DNA of 64,000 nt from NCBI GenBank assembly GCA_020723305.1, contig DYJC01000005.1:221724-285723 (forward strand). The letters run 5' to 3'. Numbering within the stretch: position 1 is the first letter of the stretch; the number at the start of each line of letters is the position of its first letter. The position numbers and the translations under genes are program-made. This document shows, in pieces, positions 50,784-60,905 of this stretch. This DNA comes from Desulfosudis oleivorans. GTDB lineage: Bacteria > Desulfobacterota > Desulfobacteria > Desulfobacterales > SURF-7. The notes under the pieces were generated by a model, which made no database searches, was not told the origin of the DNA, and saw only the letters and a program-made list of their open reading frames with translations.

Positions 50784-53233
50784 TATTCATCTTCTTCCTT
50801 CTCAGCAAGCCTTGCAGCGCCGGCAACCTTTTCATGAGTTTCCATTCCGATCAACTTTACACCTTGCGTATTGCGACTGATCACTGAAATTCCTCTTACA
50901 GCCATCCGGATCAATTTGCCGCTATCTGCCATCAGCATAATATCATCATCCTCATCAACCAGAAGAATTGCGACAACCTCTCCATTACGAACACTGGTTT
51001 TAATCGTTATAACGCCTTGACCACCTCTTTTCTGAACCGGATACTCATCAATCGATGTTCGTTTTCCAAACCCGTTTTCTGTTACCGCAAAAAGGGTCTG
51101 GCCATGACTCAACACTTCCATACCAATGAGCCGATCATTCTGACCCAGCCGAATCCCTCTGACCCCCCTGGCATTCCTTCCGGAAGGCCGGATATCCGAT
51201 TCCAGAAACCGAATCGATTTCCCATTGGCCGTGCAAAGGAAAACATTCATGGTTCCATCCGTGACCCTGGCGGAGATCAGCTCATCTCCTTCGGCAAGAT
51301 TCAAGGCAATGATTCCGCCCGTTCTTGGTCTGCTGTATGACATGAGATCGGTTTTTTTCACCGTACCATTTCTTGTCGCCATCATGATATGAAATCCAGG
51401 CTCAAATTTTGATACAGCCAAAACCGTTGTCAGTTTTTCATTTTGATCAAAATCAAGCAGATTGACAATCGCCTTCCCCCTGGTGGAACGACCGGCTTGC
51501 GGAATATCATAAACCTTGCACCAATAAACTTTGCCGTTATTGGTAAAAAACAGGAAATTATGATGTGTCGAAGCAACAAACAAATGCTCGACAAAATCCT
51601 CATCTTTCGTGCTCATTGCAGTTTTTCCCTTGCCACCGCGATTTTGCTGTTGATAAAGGGTAATAGGATTTCTTTTGATATAACCGCTCTTTGTAATGGT
51701 AACAACCATATCCTCTTCGGCAATCATATCTGCCAAAGTAATCTCTTTTGTAGACTCTGTAATCTCCGTCCTTCTGGCATCTCCAAAATCATCTTTAATT
51801 TGAGAAAGTTCAGACTTAACAATATCCAGAACCAACTGATCACTGGCAAGGATCTCTTTGTAACGTTGAATATCCCTGAGTACAGCCTTGTATTCTTCTA
51901 AAATTTTCTCCTGCTCAAGACCGGTCAGCCGCTGGAGACGCATCTCCAGTATCGCCTGCGCCTGAATTTCAGAAAGGGCAAACCGTTGCATTAGACCGGT
52001 TTTCGCCTCCTGAGGCGATTTTGATCCCCGGATTAACGCAACCACATCATCCAGATTATCAAGCGCAATCTTTAAACCTTCCAATATGTGTGCTCTTGCT
52101 TCTGCTTTGGCCAGTTCAAACCGGGTTCTTTTTAGTATGATTTCCTTGCGATGCAGAATAAAATGCTGGAGGACCTCTTTCAATGAAAGAATTTCGGGAC
52201 GATTGTTCACAACTGCAAGAAAAATAATTCCAAAGCTGGTTTCAAGCCGTGTGTGTTTATAGAGCTTATTGATGATTACTTCTGCAAATTGATCTTTCTT
52301 CAGACCGATTGCAATCCGCATCCCATGGCGGTCTGACTCATCCCGTACATATCTTATCCCCTCAATCTGTTTATCTCGTATCAATAGTGCTATTGTTTCA
52401 ATAAGCTTGGCTTTGTTTACCTGGTAAGGCAGCTCTGTTATCACGATCGTCTCTGATTCGGTCTGACGTTCTTTCTCAACCTCCACCTTGGCCCGGATAC
52501 GGATAATTCCACGTCCGGTCTTATATGCTTCATGAATGCCCCTGGTGCCATAAATGATTCCTGCTGTAGGAAAATCCGGACCGGGAATGTATTCAAGTAA
52601 CTCCTGCCATGTGATATCCGGTTTATCGATAAGAACGGTTATGGCATTGATGACTTCAGTCAGATTGTGAGGTGGAATGTTGGTTGCCATACCAACAGCA
52701 ATTCCAGATGAACCATTTACCAAAAGAGCTGGAATCTTGGCTGGAAGAACGGCTGGTTCTGTCAGGGATTCATCATAGTTTGAAATAAAGGGTACTGTTT
52801 CCTTATCCAGATCCTCCAGCATTTCATGAGCCAGCCGCATCATACGAATTTCTGTATATCGCATTGCAGCCGCCGAATCCCCATCAACAGAACCAAAATT
52901 ACCCTGTCCATCGACAAACGGATACCGGAGAGAAAAATCCTGCGCCATTCGAACGATAGTATCATAGACCGCCGTATCTCCATGTGGATGATATTTACCG
53001 ATAACATCACCAACAATACGAGCGGACTTTTTATATGGTTTGTTCCAATCGTTTTTCAGTTCCCGCATGGCATAGAGAACCCTTCGGTGAACCGGTTTCA
53101 GACCATCGCGTACATCCGGCAGTGCCCGACCGATAATAACACTCATCGCATATTCGAGATAGGACTTCTTCATCTCGCTTTCAATACTGACCTTCGTTTC
53201 AGTCTCTATCACTTGTTTGTCTTGCATATTCAT
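50783..53233 (-). CDS. gyrA: DNA gyrase subunit A
   Basis: 816 aa with the active-site region [10 protein letters not shown], the QRDR-type motif [10 protein letters not shown], and a C-terminal beta-pinwheel. Confidence 0.97.
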   Translation of the reverse strand: MNMQDKQVIETETKVSIESEMKKSYLEYAMSVIIGRALPDVRDGLKPVHRRVLYAMRELKNDWNKPYKKSARIVGDVIGKYHPHGDTAVYDTIVRMAQDFSLRYPFVDGQGNFGSVDGDSAAAMRYTEIRMMRLAHEMLEDLDKETVPFISNYDESLTEPAVLPAKIPALLVNGSSGIAVGMATNIPPHNLTEVINAITVLIDKPDITWQELLEYIPGPDFPTAGIIYGTRGIHEAYKTGRGIIRIRAKVEVEKERQTESETIVITELPYQVNKAKLIETIALLIRDKQIEGIRYVRDESDRHGMRIAIGLKKDQFAEVIINKLYKHTRLETSFGIIFLAVVNNRPEILSLKEVLQHFILHRKEIILKRTRFELAKAEARAHILEGLKIALDNLDDVVALIRGSKSPQEAKTGLMQRFALSEIQAQAILEMRLQRLTGLEQEKILEEYKAVLRDIQRYKEILASDQLVLDIVKSELSQIKDDFGDARRTEITESTKEITLADMIAEEDMVVTITKSGYIKRNPITLYQQQNRGGKGKTAMSTKDEDFVEHLFVASTHHNFLFFTNNGKVYWCKVYDIPQAGRSTRGKAIVNLLDFDQNEKLTTVLAVSKFEPGFHIMMATRNGTVKKTDLMSYSRPRTGGIIALNLAEGDELISARVTDGTMNVFLCTANGKSIRFLESDIRPSGRNARGVRGIRLGQNDRLIGMEVLSHGQTLFAVTENGFGKRTSIDEYPVQKRGGQGVITIKTSVRNGEVVAILLVDEDDDIMLMADSGKLIRMAVRGISVISRNTQGVKLIGMETHEKVAGAARLAEKEEDE

Positions 53234-53323
53234 TCTCTTTCAACCATAAAAAAGTAATTTTAAAAATCGATAGGTAACATCTCCTTATGTTACACCGAAG
53301 TAAAAACCTCAAACACTCTTTAT

Positions 53324-54466
53324 CTAACCTGAAAAAACACTATCAACCGGTTCCACCATCTTTTGATAGTTTTCATGATATATATCAACCAGTGTTAAAA
53401 AACAGGTGACAATCAAAGGTCCATAAATGATCCCTAAGATTCCGAATAATTGCATCCCACCAATAATAGCCAGAAAAACCAGCAATGTATGCATTTTTAC
53501 CCGGTTCCCCACAATTTTTGGTTTTAAAATGTTCTCCACTCCAAAAGATACTACCAGATAAAAAACAATAAAAAAGCATCCGGCAAACAGACGTTCCTGT
53601 ATAAACATAAACACAGCCGCAGGAATAATTACCACACCGATTCCGATAATGGGGAGAAAGGCCAGAAGTGCCATCAAAATACCCCATAAAAAGGGGGCAT
53701 TTAACCCAAAAGCTGCAAACACAACCCCACCGAGGGTTCCCTGTACAATGCCGGCAAAACCATAACCAATCAGAATTGCTCCAGCCATGTCCTTGAACTT
53801 CTGAATCAGCTTCTCATCCTGATCCTTGGGAAGAGGGGACAGATCGATTATAAAATCAACCAATTTTCCACTATCCATAAAAAGAAAGAATACAATCATT
53901 AGCATAAAAAAGAAATTTATGACAAAACTGAATATATTTGAAGTGATCAATTTGGCCTGATCAAACAGAAACAAGCCCAATGCCTTTCCCACTTCAGATA
54001 GGGAACGGTTCATATCTTCTATGGATACGTTCATGTTGATATTTGAAAGCATTAGGTTAATTTTTTCGATTACATGATAGCTTTCCAAAAATTTTTTAAC
54101 CTGACCATCCAAAACAGCCGTTTTACCCATCAGATACAAATCATACGCCTCTTTTGATAAAATGCCTGTGAAAAAAAGTATTGGTACAAACAGAATAAAA
54201 AAGATAAGCACGCAGGTAATCAGCGCTGAAAATGTTTGACGGATCCCAAGCTTTTTATATATACAAAGATATACTGGGTTAAAGACTCCCGTGACAACCG
54301 CAGCAAGTACGATCGTCGATAAAAACGGAAGCATCAACCATCCGATCAAAAAAAATGAGATCAGGAATAACCCCAAAAAAAACCAAAAAATCAGATCGCT
54401 CATTGTTCGATCCTGCATATCTTTCCCTGACAAATTCATCTCGATTTTAATAAAAATCAAAAACAA
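53324..54466 (-). CDS. AI-2E family transporter (PerM/YhhT-like)
   Basis: Polytopic membrane protein of ~360-380 aa with typical AI-2E topology. The start is uncertain because there are several in-frame Met codons. Confidence 0.8.
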   Translation of the reverse strand: MFLIFIKIEMNLSGKDMQDRTMSDLIFWFFLGLFLISFFLIGWLMLPFLSTIVLAAVVTGVFNPVYLCIYKKLGIRQTFSALITCVLIFFILFVPILFFTGILSKEAYDLYLMGKTAVLDGQVKKFLESYHVIEKINLMLSNINMNVSIEDMNRSLSEVGKALGLFLFDQAKLITSNIFSFVINFFFMLMIVFFLFMDSGKLVDFIIDLSPLPKDQDEKLIQKFKDMAGAILIGYGFAGIVQGTLGGVVFAAFGLNAPFLWGILMALLAFLPIIGIGVVIIPAAVFMFIQERLFAGCFFIVFYLVVSFGVENILKPKIVGNRVKMHTLLVFLAIIGGMQLFGILGIIYGPLIVTCFLTLVDIYHENYQKMVEPVDSVFSG

Positions 54467-54723
54467 TCATATCTTATGCTGCGAATTACAAATGGCTTGA
54501 CGAAGGTTCTGAAAACCATTTCAATCTTTATGATCTCAGATATCATAACAGGCAGGGTAGTGGTTGGCAGGAAACAAGATAATGTACCTGAACAGGCAAC
54601 TTGTCATTTACCGGCCAACTAATGGGTTGTTGTGGATTATGATATTCCACCCTGTTCACCAGGCTCTCTCCTAAAACGCTTCCCAACAAGACCGGTCTGT
54701 TTTTAATCGAAAAGAATGAGCTC

Positions 54724-54879
54724 CTATCTGCTGAGAAATCCACCTGCGATCAAATAAAGAACCAGTTCATATACAACAACCGGTGTATAAGCATGAAAAG
54801 CGTGGTAGACAATACCTCCGCCGATTATGGCTGGTGCCATAAAAAAAACCAAAATTCCAAATTTTCTGGCAATGCTCAT
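54724..54879 (-). CDS. possible small membrane protein (51 aa), absent from the ORF track
   Basis: My hand translation of the minus strand gives MSIARKFGILVFFMAPAIIGGGIVYHAFHAYTPVVVYELVLYLIAGGFLSR*, with two hydrophobic segments. It is below the track length cut-off. Confidence 0.3.
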   Translation of the reverse strand: MSIARKFGILVFFMAPAIIGGGIVYHAFHAYTPVVVYELVLYLIAGGFLSR

Positions 54880-55190
54880 TTGTTACTTATCTCTTTTCGT
54901 CCTTTTCTTCATGATGGCATTCCACTTGACACATTATTTTTTCCAAAAAAACTGCATTGGTTTTAGCAATTCGATCTGGTTTAGTAAAGAAAAAAATTTC
55001 AAGATTGATTTCTTTTTTCAGACTGTTTTTATTCGATTTTTTTAAAAAAAATAAAGGATAATTGGTATCAACAATAGGCGATCATCCGATTTCAACGGTA
55101 GCATAGCTCATCATCATTTTCTGATTTAATAGGAATAAGCTGAATATACGCTTTCGAACTCATAAAAACGGCCTGGTCTGCAACCAGGCC

Positions 55191-55312
55191 GAGCCAATTT
55201 CATAGCTATTGAAAAGCGTCACACCAGCGAAAGTCAGTGCCCGGAAAAATGCCGAAAACACTGGATTCTGATTTTCGCCGGAACTACAAGGACAGACTTT
55301 TGAAATTGGCTC
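55191..55312 (-). mobile_element. 122-bp MITE-like element, copy B (inverted relative to copy A)
   Basis: Terminal inverted repeats GAGCCAATTTCA / TGAAATTGGCTC. By ungapped hand alignment, 105 of 122 positions are identical to the reverse complement of copy A. Flanked by the direct repeat AGGCC. Confidence 0.75.
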
Positions 55313-55352
55313 AGGCCGTTTTTATTTCATCTTCCGAATCAGAGATTTTGAC

Positions 55353-56642
55353 CTACGCCTGTTCAACAATCATGGCCAGACCCATACCACCACCAATGCA
55401 CATGGTAATCAAGCCGGTCTGATAACCCTTACGTTTCATTTGATAAATACCGGACACCATTTGACGCGCTCCGGTAGCACCAATCGGATGCCCCAGAGAA
55501 ATACCGCTGCCAAGTTCATTTGGTTTTTCAACATCTATTTTGAGCTCACGCATACATCCGATTGCCTGTGCCGCAAACGCTTCATTCAGTTCAATCATCT
55601 CAATATCATGGATTGCCATTCCACAAGAATGTAACACTTTTCGCACGGCAGGAACCGGACCAAGCCCCATGTAAGCAGGATCCAGTCCTCCGGCAGCAAA
55701 CCCCTTGATCCGAACGATTGGATTCAATCCAAGCTCCCTTGCTTTTTCCGCACTCATCATTAAAACCGCTGCTGCTGCATCATTAATTCCTGAGGCATTT
55801 CCAGCGGTTACACTGCCATCTTTTTTAAATGCCGGCTTCAATCTTGCCATCTTTTCGAGATCGGTTTCCATAGGCCGCTCATCGGTATCAAAAACGGTTT
55901 CCCCTTTATGAGACTTGATAATCACCGGAACGATCTCCTGAGCAAAAAGACCATTACGGATCGCACTCAAAGCCCGCTGGTGACTCAATACAGAAAGCTC
56001 ATCCTGTTCCTGCCGGCTGATTCCATAAAGAGCAACGATGTTTTCGGCAGTTAACCCCATATGATACCCATAAAAAATTTCAAACAGTCCATCAAAAACC
56101 ATCAAGTCATAGATATCTCCTGTGCCGGTTAGCTCCATCCGATGTCCCCAGCGAGCTTTGGGCAAGGCCATCGGGGCAAGGCTCATGTTTTCCTGACCAC
56201 CTGCAAGCACGACATCTGCTTGTCCGGCCATAATTTGGGTTGCTCCAAGAGCAATCGCCTTTAATCCGGAACCACAGATTTTATTCGCTGTAAAAGCTGA
56301 GGTCTCCTTTGGTATACCGGCTCGAACCATTGCCTGCCTTGCTGTATTTTGTCCTTGAGCTGCCTGGAGAACATTTCCCATAATCACTTCGTCAATCACA
56401 ACCGGAGCTAGATTGTCATCCCATTGATATGCATTTTTCTCCAGATCGATTATCCCCTGTTTTGTTAATTTATCCGGTGCCATATTTTTCATCACATCAC
56501 TCACCACCGGCCTGAGTCCTGTTTTTTTTAAAACATCGATCATTACAATTGAACCAAGCTCAACAACAGGTACTGTTTTCAAAGAACCGCCAAATGCAGC
56601 AATGGCTGTTCGTGAACCACCGACAATAACCACATCCTTCAT
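55353..56642 (-). CDS. acetyl-CoA C-acetyltransferase (thiolase II)
   Basis: The start is taken at ATG 56642, after AGGAGG. Active-site motifs: NKICGSGLKA (Cys), GHPIGATG and CIGGGMG. Confidence 0.92.
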   Translation of the reverse strand: MKDVVIVGGSRTAIAAFGGSLKTVPVVELGSIVMIDVLKKTGLRPVVSDVMKNMAPDKLTKQGIIDLEKNAYQWDDNLAPVVIDEVIMGNVLQAAQGQNTARQAMVRAGIPKETSAFTANKICGSGLKAIALGATQIMAGQADVVLAGGQENMSLAPMALPKARWGHRMELTGTGDIYDLMVFDGLFEIFYGYHMGLTAENIVALYGISRQEQDELSVLSHQRALSAIRNGLFAQEIVPVIIKSHKGETVFDTDERPMETDLEKMARLKPAFKKDGSVTAGNASGINDAAAAVLMMSAEKARELGLNPIVRIKGFAAGGLDPAYMGLGPVPAVRKVLHSCGMAIHDIEMIELNEAFAAQAIGCMRELKIDVEKPNELGSGISLGHPIGATGARQMVSGIYQMKRKGYQTGLITMCIGGGMGLAMIVEQA

Positions 56643-56814
56643 AATCGTATCCTCCTGCCTTGTATTATTGAAAAACATTTAGTATTTTAGTGTTGTAACA
56701 AAAAAACTTCTGGCCGGTTGAACCATATTTTATCTCTTTCTTCCGGGCAGATATAAATATTTGAATAAAATTAAAAAGTATCACAAAATACAACCCAAGG
56801 TCAACAATGAGAGT

Positions 56815-57588
56815 ATGTGCCTTATTCTTTTTTCCTTTAATGAGCACCCTGATTATACACTGATCCTGGCGGCAAACCGGGATGAATATTTTAGCCGCCC
56901 TGCAAAACCGCTTGAATTCTGGGAGGATGAACCTTCCGTCCTGGCAGGAAAAGATCTGGTTGGTGGCGGCACATGGCTTGGGGTTACACGATCAATAAGG
57001 TTTGCTGCGATCACCAATTTTCGAGATCCTTACGAATTAAAAAATGATTCCCCCACCCGAGGAAAACTTGTACGAAATTTTCTTTGCAGCCAGGTATCTC
57101 CAGAGGAATATGTTAAACAAATTCAAGATACTGGACATAAATATCATGGGTTTAATCTCCTGGTAGGCGAAAGGGATCAAATTTGGTATTATTCAAATCG
57201 TTCTTCCACGATTTTTCATGTTCCAAAAGGTTTTCATGGCCTGAGCAACCATCTGCTAAACACTCCATGGCCAAAAATCACAACTGGTAAAGCAAAGCTA
57301 ATACCTATTTTTTCTCAGACCAAAATAGATATTGAAGCCGCCTTTCAAGTGCTTGGAGACTGCTCCAATCCACCTCCTGAACATCTTCCGGACACCGGTG
57401 TCGGACCGGAATGGGAACGAATTCTTGCGCCATTGTTTATCCACAGTGCTTTTTATGGAACCCGTTGTTCCTCTCTGCTTACCATCAAGCGAACCGGAGA
57501 GGTTTTGTTTATCGAGCGCACATTCTCTTCGAAAAAAAAAATGTTATTTGAAAAAAAATTTGCCTTTTTTACAGCGAATCTTGTTTGA
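56815..57588 (+). CDS. NRDE-family (TANGO2/DUF833-like) protein
   Basis: The start is taken at MCLILF (ATG 56815). ANRDE motif and GGTWLG. Confidence 0.75.
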   Translation: MCLILFSFNEHPDYTLILAANRDEYFSRPAKPLEFWEDEPSVLAGKDLVGGGTWLGVTRSIRFAAITNFRDPYELKNDSPTRGKLVRNFLCSQVSPEEYVKQIQDTGHKYHGFNLLVGERDQIWYYSNRSSTIFHVPKGFHGLSNHLLNTPWPKITTGKAKLIPIFSQTKIDIEAAFQVLGDCSNPPPEHLPDTGVGPEWERILAPLFIHSAFYGTRCSSLLTIKRTGEVLFIERTFSSKKKMLFEKKFAFFTANLV

Positions 57589-57821
57589 TCTAACTGAACT
57601 AATATATTCAACATCTGAAGCTTTCGCCTAAAGCATGAACTGGCTTCACGGAAACTTGGCCCTTGCATGTTATCCGCTATCATAGTATAGTAATCACACA
57701 ATAATGAGTGAGCATCTTTTCCATATCTGTCACACATAGACACCTGAAATTTACCAACAGAATATTACACAGCTTACAACTGAACAGGTTTTGCATCGCA
57801 TTAACCAGCTTAGGACTACGG

Positions 57822-58208
57822 ATGATTGAAAAAAAAATTTTGTTTGTTGATGATGAAGAAGCCCAGAGAGATATTATGCACCGTGTATTAAATAAGTTGG
57901 GTTATTCTGTTACACTCTCCTCCAGTTCTCAAGAGGCATTGGAAATTCTTAAAAAAGAATGTTTCCCTCTTATTATAACCGATTTAAATATGCCCGGCAT
58001 GGATGGCACAAAGTTATGTAAACAGATTCGCGCTAACAATTCCAAATCTATTATTTACGCTTTATCTGGATTCATTGAATCCTATCAAGCGCAAAGACTT
58101 GAGGATATTGGATTTGACGGATATCTCAGAAAGCCGGCAACTTCAGCCATGATTAAAAAGGCTGTTGATGGTGCTTTTGATAAACTGAAACAGCTCTCTA
58201 TAACCTGA
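57822..58208 (+). CDS. single-domain response regulator (receiver)
   Basis: The start is taken at ATG 57822. Motifs: ILFVDDEE, ITDLNMPGMDG and YLRKP. Confidence 0.8.
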   Translation: MIEKKILFVDDEEAQRDIMHRVLNKLGYSVTLSSSSQEALEILKKECFPLIITDLNMPGMDGTKLCKQIRANNSKSIIYALSGFIESYQAQRLEDIGFDGYLRKPATSAMIKKAVDGAFDKLKQLSIT

Positions 58209-58240
58209 AATTGCATTGAAACCGATATGTGTTTTTTGTT

Positions 58241-58298
58241 GAGCCAATTTCAAAAGTCTGCAGTTGTAGTTCCAGCGAAAACTATTTCAGTATTTCGC
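58241..58298 (+). repeat. partial (left-half) copy C of the MITE-like element
   Basis: GAGCCAATTTCAAAAGTCTgcaGTTGTAGTTCCaGCGAAAACTA... matches the first ~57 nt of copy A. It overlaps the last codons and the stop of pepA. Confidence 0.65.
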
Positions 58299-59775
58299 AA
58301 AGCAACCGTACCCCAAATCCAGTCCCACCTTTCGGACAATATGCAGTTCCTTTTTGGGTAAATGCAGGCCCGGCAATATCGATATGAGCCCATTTTGAAA
58401 CTTCTGCAAATTCTGAAAGAAATAAAGCGGCCGTGATTGCCCCGCCCATTCTTGAGCTTGCGAGGTTCTTTATATCTGCCCAATCACTTTTAATCAGTTC
58501 TTTGTAGTCTTCCGGTAACGGCAGACGCCAGCACCGCTCAAAAGTTTTTTCACCAGCAGAAATCAGAATATTGGCCAACTCATCATCTGGGGAGAACACC
58601 CCCGCAATTTTTTCACCAAGAGCCATTACACAAGCGCCAGTCAAGGTTGCAAGATCAATCACGGTTTCCGGCTTATATTTTTTTATGGCATATGAAATTG
58701 CATCGATTAAAATCAGTCTTCCTTCTGCATCTGTATTGCCGATTTCAACAGTTTTACCTGCATAACTTGTAACAATATCTCCCGGACGAGTGGCATTTCC
58801 GGACGGCATATTTTCCACAATCGGAATAACACCGATCACCTTATCTTTTATTCCTAACTTTGCAATGGTTATCAAGGTTGCCGCCACTGCTGCTGCTCCA
58901 GCCATATCCATCTTCATATCTTCAAGTGATCCGGATGGCTTTAGATTGATACCTCCGGAATCAAAGGTAACCCCTTTTCCCACCAAAACGATCGTTTTTT
59001 TTGCACCAATCGGTGCATGTTCCATAATCACAAGTCGTGCACTGCTTTCACTTCCAGCAGCAACTGCGAGCATCGCATTCATCTTCAGCTTTTTCAGTTC
59101 ACTTTCCTGAATCACACGTACCTTGAGTTTTTTCTTTCTGGCCAGATCGGCAATCTCACAGGAAAACTGCTCTGGTCTTTTCTCATTCGGAGGGGTTGAA
59201 ACCCAATTTCTTGCCAAAAGCGTTCCCTCACAGATTGTTTTAATACGAGCCGGAAGGAATCGATATTTTGTTACCAGATCAGGAGCTGTCAATACACTTA
59301 TTTTTTGCAACGGTTTATGCTTTTTTTCTTTTTTATAGCGATCAAAAATATGGTTACCAAGGCAGCCCCCCTCAAGCATGGCTTCAAGAATCAGTCCGAT
59401 CGGATGGTTCAAAATGTTTTCATCCGGTGCAACAAACAGAATATTTGAAAAACCTTTTTGAATACACCTCTGGATACTACTACCGATCAAGCTTCGAAAG
59501 GTTTCCGGATTGATTTCCGCAAATTTACCCAAACCCAAAAAAACAACCCGTTTTGGCCTGACCTCAGGTAAGTTGTAAAGTATTACCTCATCTGACTTAC
59601 ATCCTTTAAACTCTTTCAGCTCCTTCGCCTCCTGAATCAAGGAGATAAACTCTTTTTTTGAATAAATCATTTTATCTTCACATACAGGCAGAAAAATCGC
59701 ATCCGCTTTTACCTTGCTGAGTCCAACTGAAATCAAGTGCAACACAATTTTTCTCCTTTCTGATTTATATAGCAA
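58282..59775 (-). CDS. pepA: leucyl aminopeptidase (M17)
   Basis: 497 aa with the motif NTDAEGRL and M17 metal ligands (VGKGVTFDSGG). Confidence 0.95.
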   Translation of the reverse strand: MLYKSERRKIVLHLISVGLSKVKADAIFLPVCEDKMIYSKKEFISLIQEAKELKEFKGCKSDEVILYNLPEVRPKRVVFLGLGKFAEINPETFRSLIGSSIQRCIQKGFSNILFVAPDENILNHPIGLILEAMLEGGCLGNHIFDRYKKEKKHKPLQKISVLTAPDLVTKYRFLPARIKTICEGTLLARNWVSTPPNEKRPEQFSCEIADLARKKKLKVRVIQESELKKLKMNAMLAVAAGSESSARLVIMEHAPIGAKKTIVLVGKGVTFDSGGINLKPSGSLEDMKMDMAGAAAVAATLITIAKLGIKDKVIGVIPIVENMPSGNATRPGDIVTSYAGKTVEIGNTDAEGRLILIDAISYAIKKYKPETVIDLATLTGACVMALGEKIAGVFSPDDELANILISAGEKTFERCWRLPLPEDYKELIKSDWADIKNLASSRMGGAITAALFLSEFAEVSKWAHIDIAGPAFTQKGTAYCPKGGTGFGVRLLCEILK

Positions 59776-59802
59776 ACGTTACGGTCAAATTTTTAAATAT
59801 CC

Positions 59803-59924
59803 GAGCCAATTTCAAAAGTCTCTTGTTGTAGTTCCGGCGAAAACTAAAATCCAGTATTTTCGGCTCTTTTCTGAGCACTGACTTTCGCCGGTGTGACGCT
59901 TTATAATCGTTTTGAAATTGGCTC
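59803..59924 (+). mobile_element. 122-bp MITE-like element, copy A
   Basis: Perfect 15-bp terminal inverted repeats GAGCCAATTTCAAAA / TTTTGAAATTGGCTC. Internal inverted repeat CCGGCGAAA / TTTCGCCGG. Flanked by ATCC on both sides. It lies 28 nt upstream of the pepA start. Confidence 0.75.
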
Positions 59925-60187
59925 ATCCGGTTGATTTATTTTTTTACCGGAATTATACGGCCATCTTCATGTTGTGTCAAATAAACGATTTCAGATACCC
60001 GGCATATAAATCAGAATGAATTTCCCGGTTTTAAGATTCCTGTCTTGACGGACAGAGAAGACTATCTTAATGTGAAAAAAACAAGTAGCTGACGAAAACT
60101 TCAACTTTTTGTATCCCGGATATAAGAATCTAATATAAACCAAAGCGCCCCCGGAAAGGAGGTTTCGGCTGCTGCCGATCAACAGTT

Positions 60188-60865
60188 ATGACGATAAATA
60201 TTGTAAATAAAATCGACAATCTGGTAAAGGTTCAACATGTTCTGGTGAGCGTGTCTGATAAAACCAATCTGGAAAAGCTTATTCCAGGGCTCCTTGACAT
60301 CAACCCTCGGATTCATTTCTTTTCAACCGGCGGTACGTTTTCAAAAATAAAAGAAATATTGAGAAATAATTGGGAATACTCTTTAACACCAGTATCTGAA
60401 TATACAGGCCAGCCGGAAACGCAAGGAGGCCTGGTGAAGACCCTTGATTTCAAAATCTATCTCGGACTGCTCACCGAAACCTACAACAATTCTCACTATG
60501 AGGATTTACAACGAACCAATTCCGTTCCCATTGACATGGTTGTTGTAAATCTCTATCCCTTTCAGCAGACCATTTCAAAACCGGATGTTACACCTGAGAT
60601 GGCCCGCGGAAATATCGATATCGGGGGCCCGTGTATGATTCGAGCCTCAGCCAAAAACTTTTTGAGGGTTGCGTCAGTGGTAGATCCTTCTGATTATCTG
60701 CAGATACTTTCATGGATGAAAGAAAATAATGGGTGCACCTCTCTGGACATACGCTATAAGCTTGCCTGCAAAGCTTTTGGACATACAGCAGAATACGATG
60801 CGACCATTACAGAATTTTTCAAGTCCATATCGTTTGATGAGGTTCGCAACTGTTACCGCTTTTAA
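60188..60865 (+). CDS. purH: IMP cyclohydrolase domain protein (PurH N-terminal, MGS-like half)
   Basis: 225 aa with the motifs VLVSVSDKT, STGGT, LVKTLDFKIYLGLL and VVVNLYPF. Confidence 0.8.
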   Translation: MTINIVNKIDNLVKVQHVLVSVSDKTNLEKLIPGLLDINPRIHFFSTGGTFSKIKEILRNNWEYSLTPVSEYTGQPETQGGLVKTLDFKIYLGLLTETYNNSHYEDLQRTNSVPIDMVVVNLYPFQQTISKPDVTPEMARGNIDIGGPCMIRASAKNFLRVASVVDPSDYLQILSWMKENNGCTSLDIRYKLACKAFGHTAEYDATITEFFKSISFDEVRNCYRF

Positions 60866-60905
60866 CGCTGTAGACCGAATTCTTGTATACCCAAAGGAGA
60901 CCGAA

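Noticed and set aside
54543-54743. 66-aa minus-strand track ORF in the gap upstream of the AI-2E transporter gene.
   Set aside because: It overlaps the end of the more plausible hydrophobic 51-aa ORF. It has no recognisable features or SD, and its composition is atypical.
55237-55422. 61-aa plus-strand ORF in the track.
   Set aside because: It starts inside MITE-like copy B and runs antisense into the 3' end of the thiolase gene. It has no SD or family support.
59925-60187. Possible ZTP (pfl-motif) riboswitch upstream of the purH genes.
   Set aside because: I looked for the conserved GGGUCGUGACUGGCG...CCGGGGAGCGACC core and the 3' CCGCCUGGGC segment and found neither. The region is mostly AT-rich and has no convincing pseudoknot partners.
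60729-60905. Upstream extension of the AICAR-formyltransferase ORF, overlapping the cyclohydrolase gene by 137 nt.
   Set aside because: The extension has no PurH-like sequence. A good SD (AAGGAG) precedes the internal ATG at 60906.
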